Below are positions 56,797-64,000 of a stretch of 64,000 nucleotides of DNA, piece after piece; the first letter of the stretch is position 1; each line of letters opens with the position of its first letter. Position numbers and translations under genes: made by a program. The notes below the pieces were generated by a model. It worked only from the letters and a program-made list of their open reading frames with translations, was not told the origin of the DNA and did no database searches. This DNA is from Azolla caroliniana (Eukaryota; Plantae; Polypodiophyta): the NCBI GenBank assembly GCA_043228905.1, contig JBHGNT010000010.1:14384001-14448000 (forward strand), given 5' to 3'.

Positions 56797-56970
56797 CTTT
56801 CCTTGCCCTTGACTCCCATTTGCCTTCTGAGAATGAATGAGATCCATCAACATGCTTCGTTTCTCTTGATCCGGAACATATTCAACCCTTTGGGCAATGA
56901 GATCAGTGCTCGAACCCACTCTTCCAACAGCCAAGAAGATATAATTAGACAAGAAATCTGCAGCCAGCCT
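56797..56970 (-). CDS. DED1/DDX3-like helicase exon (inter-domain linker)
   Basis: CAG|RLAADFLSNYIFLAVGRVGSSTDLIAQRVEYV...GQGK|GTAAC; 174 nt, phase 0. Confidence 0.92.
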
Positions 56971-57031
56971 CTGCCAAAACAAATCACTAAATCTCTCACT
57001 CCATGATGTTGGTGGTTTTTTATTGCAAACA

Positions 57032-57470
57032 TGTAAAGATTAGTGTGCAGAAGTTAAATAGACACAACCAGCTCAGCCGGACAGTAACAGAGAACAGTAA
57101 ACACTGAGAACAATGGAGAGAGAGAGAGTACACAGGAGAGACAGAGAGAGCAGAACAATAAAACTCAAATTCAAATAACACTCTATACATACAAATGTGC
57201 TCCGAGAGCACTTTTATACAAGTCCTCAAAAGGACTGACAGAAGTACTAACATGTACTTCAATGCTCATAACTAAGCGACAGACACTAACTCCCAAAAAA
57301 TATGCCTATCTACTAGGCTAGGATTGTAGGCCTCTAACGGCCTACCGGCTCTCATGGATCCGACTCACCGATCCAATCTAGGCCTAGCCGATTCGATCTT
57401 CACCCAATCTAGCTCTCGGCTTGTTCAGCCGATTCGGCCCATCGGCCCATGTTGAGCTTGCTTCTCAACA
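57032..57470 (-). repeat. 3' LTR of element A copy 2 (439 bp)
   Basis: TG...CA ends, adjacent to the PPT. Confidence 0.9.
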
Positions 57471-60400
57471 CTCCCCCTCAATCTCAAACTGAGATTCCAT
57501 CTGATCTGCCAGTTCCTTGCCTCGGCTTCTCCTAGCGTCTTTTCGCCTTGCTCACACCCCTCATCCGGTTCGGTCCTGCGTTCCACAACCCCTCCAGTCC
57601 AACGCTTCTTGACCCATCCAACTCCATGCATCTTGACCCATCCAACCCCCGCATCTCGACCCCTACAGTCGGCTTGTCTGCTCATCAGGCCCATCTCAGC
57701 TCCATCGTTGTCGCGGTATTGGCGCTTCTCGACCCGTCGAATCCTTCGTTTCGGTGTCGGCTTCGGCTGCCTTCCTGTCCGCTTGGCTTTCACTTGATTC
57801 GGCTCGTCCGAATCAAACCACTCGACCGACTCAGCTGTCTCCAATTCGTCATCCGTCTGCAAGCCCTTGACCACATCCGACCATTTTCTGGTCCCAGCCT
57901 CTTTCTTCTGGTCGGCTCTGTCCTTGACTCTGCCGCCTTTGCCGCTTGTTCCAACTCTATCGGATATGTCGACTTCTTCAATCGATTCGGCATCTTGTTC
58001 AGTTTCAACTTTCTTCGTTGCTCTCTCCATTTTTCTCTACCTGTGCGGCACATTGAGATGTTATAGCCCAAGCATCTCCAAGAAGTGTTGCAACTTGTCC
58101 GATCCGAGCGCTTTGGTGAAGATGTCGGCAACCTACCGATCGGTTCGAACATATCGGAGTTAAACTTCACCGCTCAAGACCCGCTCGCGCACAAAGTGAT
58201 CATGCACTTCTATGTGCTTTGTGCGAGCATGGAACACGGGGTTCTTGGCTAGCTGTATGTTGCTAATGTTGTCGCAGTAGATCGGGATTGAAGTGGGAAC
58301 TTCGATCCGTAAGTCCTGCAACAACCGCCGAAGCCATATAGCTTCACAAGTCGCGACGGTGGCTCCTCAATATTTAGCTTCGGTGCTTCTGGCCCAGTCG
58401 GCATCCATATAGCCGACTAACTATTCGGCTATACCGTGTCGATACAATATTCCCCGATCCTCCGTGCCGCTAACATATTGCTCGGTTGTCGGTCGCTGCA
58501 TCAACTGACTCATCACTCCGACCAAATAGCGAAGGTCAGGTCGGGTGATAGTTAAATATATAAGGCTTCCAACAATTTGTCAGAACCATTGATCATTGTA
58601 GGCCGCTCCTGACTCGGGATGTAGCTTCAGGTTTTTGTTGAAGGGAGTAGAGACGTATCGACAATCCGTCATACCGAACTTCTACAGCATATTCAATACA
58701 TAATGTCGTTGAGACAATAATATGTCATCGGGGGTGTGGATCACTTCGATCCCGAGAAAGTAGTGAAGGTCCCCCAAGTCCTTCATCTCGAATGCGTCTG
58801 ACAGCTGGGACTTTACTTGGCCAATTTCAGCAAAGTCGGGTCCGGTGACGACCAAGTCGTCGACGTACATTAGAATGCATACCGGACCTTTCGGACTTTT
58901 CTGAAATGAACAATGAAGAGTCAGACTTGGAGGCTGCAAACCCCATCTTATGCAATCAATGCGTGATCTTCGAGTTCCAAGCACAGGGGGCTTGCTTACG
59001 GCCATAAAGCAATTTCTTCAGTCTACATACTGCCGACTTGTTCTTCAAGATCACCTTGAAGAAACATGTTCATGTCCATCTAGTGGAGATGCCACCCCCT
59101 TGCCGTTGCGATTGCCAGCACCACATGAACCGATGACATCGTCATCTTCGCTGCCGGTGCGAAGGTCTCATCGTAGTCAATTCCGTGGGTCTGTGCATAT
59201 CCCTTGGCCACCAATTGGGCCTTGTACTGGTTGACCGAACCGTCGGCATTGTATTTCACCTTATACACCCACTTACATCCAATCAGTTTGCAGTTTCGAG
59301 GAGGGTCAACTAAGTCCCATGTCTCGTTGGAATCAAGTGCCCGCATTTCTTCCTCCATGGGCAAACGCCATTTAGCATCCTGTGATGCCTCCGCTTAGCT
59401 CTCCGACTTGCGGACTTCCACCACCTTCGTCATGTACGCAAAATGGTGTGCCATGTACTCGTTATAACCATACTGGATCAACTACTTCTTGTGGCGAGTC
59501 GATCGGCGGAGCTTCTCATTTGCCGATTTTAGGGCCCTCTTGGCTGCATCCGACCTCAACTCTTGAGGTCGGTCTTCGCTCCAGTTGGTGTCGAATTCTC
59601 CCATATCAATCCGATTCTAGATGTAGACCGTTGTTCAAACCGCTTCGGCCCAGTAAAACTTGGGCATGGTCTTCTCCTCAAGCATTGCCCGTGTTGCTTC
59701 GACAATCGACCGATTTTTTCGTTCAGCTACGTCATTCTGCTCCGGCGTTTATGTCTACAGCTGAATTCTCGCCGAATTCCCATCTGTTGTAGATAACAAT
59801 TGAACTGGCGGAAAAGTATTCTTTTGCGTCGTCTGACCGCAGGCACTTGATCTTTCTTTCTATTTCCTTTTCTACTAGACTTTTTAGGTTCTAGAAACAG
59901 TCGAAATCTTCACTCTTCTTTTCGATCAAGTAGATCCAAGTGTGTCGGCTATATAGTCGTCGATGAAAGAGACGAAGTATTGACTCCCGCCTAGGATCAC
60001 ATTATTTATCGGTCCCCATATTTCCCAATGTATTAAGTCGAGCTTATTCCGGCTCCGATTTCACTCGTTGGGGAAGCCTTCTGACCACTAAATTTCAGCA
60101 ATCCGAAAACTACTTGATCGTTTGCAGCTCTTGAAGCCTTTGATAGTTGACGTGGCCGATCCACTTATGCCATAAGTCAACGTCCGACTTGACTCTTTGT
60201 CCTTTGGCGAACAGTGCAGTGCCTACGCCATTTGGGTCGAGGATGAACATCCTCCCTTCCCGGCACCCTTGCGCGATGATTTGGCCTTCCTCTTTGATGA
60301 AGCACCCTAGGTGGGTGAACCGGATTTACATCCCTTGATCAACGATCTGCTCGACCGACAACAAGTTTTTCGTTATTGTCAGAACGTGCAGTAAGTTCAT

Positions 60401-61630
60401 AAGTCTCCGATTCTATCCGACATGTTCGATCGGATGCAAGGTGTCGTCTCTGATTTCGACGACTCCCGGTTGTTCTGTTTCTCCAGGTAGGAGAACCACT
60501 ATGTGGCTCGTCATATGATTTGACGCTCCAGAGTTGACATACCACACCTCATTCGGTTTCAAGGTGCTCTTCTTCATCGAACTTGCCTTGTGCTTCATCA
60601 CAAAGGTTGGGCCCTTTTTAGTTTTGGCTCCTTCCGACCCTTCGGCATATTGTGAACGCTGTCAATTTCCATGTTCGGCTCTGCCGGATCCGGATTTGTC
60701 CAAATCGGCGCACTTCTTCCAGCACTCACTCTCTCTATGGCCCTTCCAGCAACAATACTAGCATTCCGTTTCGGCCTTTGCTTGCCGGTTCTGGCGCCCC
60801 TTTGACCCCCCCCTGCTTGTGGAGGGTCCATAACTGTTGTCGGCACCACCTATGTGCCTTCTTTCCTGCTCTTGTTGGCCGCCACCATTGCGTGCAAATC
60901 CACCTCGTCCTCCACGTCCACCGGGCCTATCTACCTCTGTGTACAACACCAGTTGTCGGATTGTGTGCTCCTTGACGCACCCGCGTGGTTTTCTTCGACC
61001 AAAAGCATTGATTGTAGGTCAAAAAACGACAGTGGCTTCTCCAAATCATCGTCCGGATCAGCCCGTACCTTTGCGCTAGGCCACCAAGGCAGATCTGCAC
61101 CATTTCATCTTCGTCCACCGTCATGTTGATGGACCCCAAGGCGTCACAAATCTCCTTGATCTTTGTGGTGTAGTCGGTCACTGTCATATCCCTTTGTCGA
61201 ATATTGTTGAGCTCTTGCCGGAGCTGCAACTTCCGGGCCGTTGTACTTGCGGCAAAAATCTTTTTTAGATTTTCCTGAGCCTCCTTTGGCGTCCTCGCAT
61301 CCCGAATGTAGCCGAGCATCTGCGTGTGCACACAGGATGCAAGGCAGTACAAGACTCGGCTTGCTGCTTGCTCCCACACTGGAAAATCCTTGTGTGTTGA
61401 ACCCGGCACTACTTCGTTCACTCCTTCCACATAACTCCAGTAGTCGTGCCTTAGCAAGTATTGGTGCATCTTGTAGGACCAAGACGCGTAGTTGCTCCTG
61501 TCAAGCTTTTCCGTCGAAGTGAGCTTGCCATGCTTCTGTCCATTTTCTTCTTCTTGTCTGTTCTCAACCGGGTGTTAGGGTTTGTCTGTGTTTGAGCGTT
61601 TGTCGGCAACAAAGGATTCTCAACCCTCGC

Positions 61631-61642
61631 GCTCTGATACCA
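61631..61642 (-). promoter_or_regulatory. Primer-binding site complementary to the 3' end of initiator tRNA-Met
   Basis: TGGTATCAGAGC directly internal to the 5' LTR. Confidence 0.9.
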
Positions 61643-62018
61643 TGTAAAGATTAGTGTGCGGAAGTTAAACAGACACAACCGGCTCAGCCGGACAGTAACA
61701 GAGAACGGTAAACACTAAGAACAATGGAGAGAGAGATAGAGAGTACACAAGCGAGACAGAGAGAGCAGAACAGTAAAACTCAAATTCAAAATAACACCCT
61801 GTACATACAAATGTGCTCAAAGATCACTTTTATACAAGTCCTTAAAAGGACCGACATGTACTTCAATGCTCATAACTGAGCGACAGACATTAACTCCCAA
61901 ACTATCTACTAGGCTAGGATTGTAGGCCTCTAACGGCCTACCAGCTCACCGATCCGATCCCGGCCTAGCCGATTCGGTCTTCACCCGATCCGGCCCATGT
62001 TGAGCTTGCTTCTCAACA
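61643..62018 (-). repeat. 5' LTR of element A copy 2 (376 bp)
   Basis: TG...CA ends, adjacent to the PBS; several deletions relative to the 3' LTR. Confidence 0.9.
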
Positions 62019-63235
62019 AAACATGACCTAATTAATGCTTCAATCTCTGACTGCTTTTTTCAGATCAAAACTGTTGATACACTAAAAATATCTAGACTTC
62101 TCCAAGCTGGTGGATAGTTCCATGTCGAGGGCAGAAATTTTACCACATGAAAATTAAAAAAGTGCACATTCAAGATTCGTAAAATAAATTCTAAACATAA
62201 TTAAACTCAATGAGATAAGCCTAGGTATTCACAATTTGGATACATTACTCAAAGACAAGCAGATGTTCTTATATCTTGCACAATGGGATTACCTTTCTGG
62301 ACCTAGAATGTCATTGTCATTCTATGTAAAGAAGAACGGTATCAGTTTCCTGACATTTTTCTTTCTCACAAACATTTATGCTAATAAAAATAAATTAACT
62401 TCATTAGATCACATAAATATTCATAATTCAGATCCACACACAAAGAAACAGATATCTTTCTAATCCTGTATCATATGAGTAGCTTTTCTGATAGAATCTA
62501 GATGAAAGATAGCAAAAAACTGTGAAAGATTCATGAGGCAGAATGTTCTAGGGTACAGCAAAACACCCACATCACGACGCTAAATATCAAGGACACTAAT
62601 GCTATAGACATGATGACTCGTGAATCAAGAGCCCTAGAGTAATTAATGTAATAGACAGTCTAGCTAATGTGAGCCACGAGTTCCCATACTACAATTGAGG
62701 ATCTGTTAGCAAAATGCCTATAATCAAGAGATGGAACTTCCATAAGATCAGATTTCATAAATTTGTTTTGTGGATTTAGAAAGAAACAGAGTTTCTTTTA
62801 TCCTAGCTGGCATTCTGTATTTTTCAGCCGGTTGATGCTAGTTTACTTCCTCATAAACAGAAAAAGGACCTCATTCCTCACTCTTATTGTTCAAGTCTTG
62901 TCAAACGTCAGACCCTTTTCTCTATCCAGCACCCACAAAAGAAGCCCTCAACTCCATAGAGATTCTCACAGCAAATGGTAAATCCTGTGTAATGTAAACT
63001 CTAAGATCTTCTTGAAAATAGATACAATTGACATGAGAACAAATTGATACACTGTACAATCATGGTGTTTTACCCTACCTACAACGAATGAGATACTCTA
63101 GTAAACACAAATACTTTACTGCATTTATGTTGACTCAAGACCTCTGCAAAGCATTGACACCACCTCATTTTAATTACTTTCAAGAAAACCCAAGAAAAAG
63201 ATTATTACCTTAACAGCACATGCATGTTGTATTAC

Positions 63236-63478
63236 CTGAATTTCTCTTGGAAAGGTTGCACTAAATAGCATAGTTTGCCTCTCCCCTGCTCGTGGCATAT
63301 CCATCTGCTCCACAATCCTGCGGATCTGTGGCTCAAATCCCATGTCAAGCATCCGATCAGCTTCATCCAAGGCCAAGTAGCGTACTTGAGATAGAGATAC
63401 TCTAGCCCTCTCCAACAGGTCAGATAAGCGTCCGGGTGTTGCAACCAAAATATCAACTCCCCTCTCAAGATCTCGTAG
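63236..63478 (-). CDS. DED1/DDX3-like helicase exon (motifs Ib, II DEAD, III SAT); upstream exons lie outside the window
   Basis: TTTCAG|[18 protein letters not shown]...[19 protein letters not shown]...[12 protein letters not shown]|GTAAT; 243 nt, phase 0. Confidence 0.94.
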
Positions 63479-64000
63479 CTGAAATAATACCATGAGCCAT
63501 AGGATATATAAATGAAGAGTGTGTCTCTCTGAGAAAATTTAACTCCACAGTAAAAAAATATTGTAATGTTTAATGAAAATAAAACGGTAAAAAGAAATAT
63601 TTCGCCAACAGAAATGCAAACTACGCATCAGGAATTTTAAGGTTGTCAATAAATTAAAATCAAATAATAAATATCTTTAATAAGTACACGCATTTATGAT
63701 TAATGAAAGAAGTACTTTGCAAATATTCAAATATAAAATCTTCATAGTCAATCACATCCCCAACTCATGCAAAAACACAAGAAATTTTCCAATGATGAAT
63801 ACTGGTACAAAGTAAAGAAATAAATATGAATCAGAACACAAATTTAGAAAACCCAGAATATACACAAGATCAAATACAAATATGGGAATATATATTAAAT
63901 GCCCTTCATGGTTATCATTCTCTTCTATTTCTCATTTGTGTTTTCGCCAGTGATTTCTTTTGAAAGATCAAATATTATTGTAAGACTTGCATGTTGTAGA

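Larger units (their letters stand above)
57032..62018 (-). mobile_element. Structurally complete but decayed Ty1/Copia LTR retrotransposon (element A, copy 2) within a helicase intron
   Basis: 5' LTR 61643-62018, 3' LTR 57032-57470, TSD AAACA at 57027-57031 and 62019-62023, tRNA-iMet PBS TGGTATCAGAGC at 61631-61642, PPT 57471-57480. Domain order gag-PR-IN-RT-RH, with stops, frameshifts and internal deletions. Confidence 0.95.

Noticed and set aside
62236-62981. Short ORFs in the helicase intron, and 54866-55051 downstream of the gene
   Set aside because: AT-rich, non-ATG starts and no motifs; consistent with chance ORFs.

Overview
Eukaryotic, land-plant-like nuclear DNA. About 75% of the window (~4720-52472) is a near-homogeneous tandem array of a 1620-bp unit. 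The array holds 29 full-length minus-strand tRNA-Glu(CUC) genes, one per unit, each accompanied by four degenerate tRNA-Glu relics, and ends in a decayed terminal unit with a T-arm-deleted pseudogene. On the left it abuts the 3' part of a decayed Ty1/Copia element sitting in a duplicated, pseudogenised fragment of a DED1/DDX3-type DEAD-box helicase gene (1-4716, a direct repeat of 56163-60936). On the right it abuts the 5' part of a different Copia. The right end holds the last four exons of an apparently intact copy of the helicase, whose 6.3-kb intron contains the complete but decayed Copia (two LTRs, PBS, PPT, AAACA target-site duplication). One array unit contains a 26-bp SMART/PacBio ultra-low-input adapter-like sequence, so copy number and homogeneity need read-level verification. 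Coordinates and variants were read by eye.
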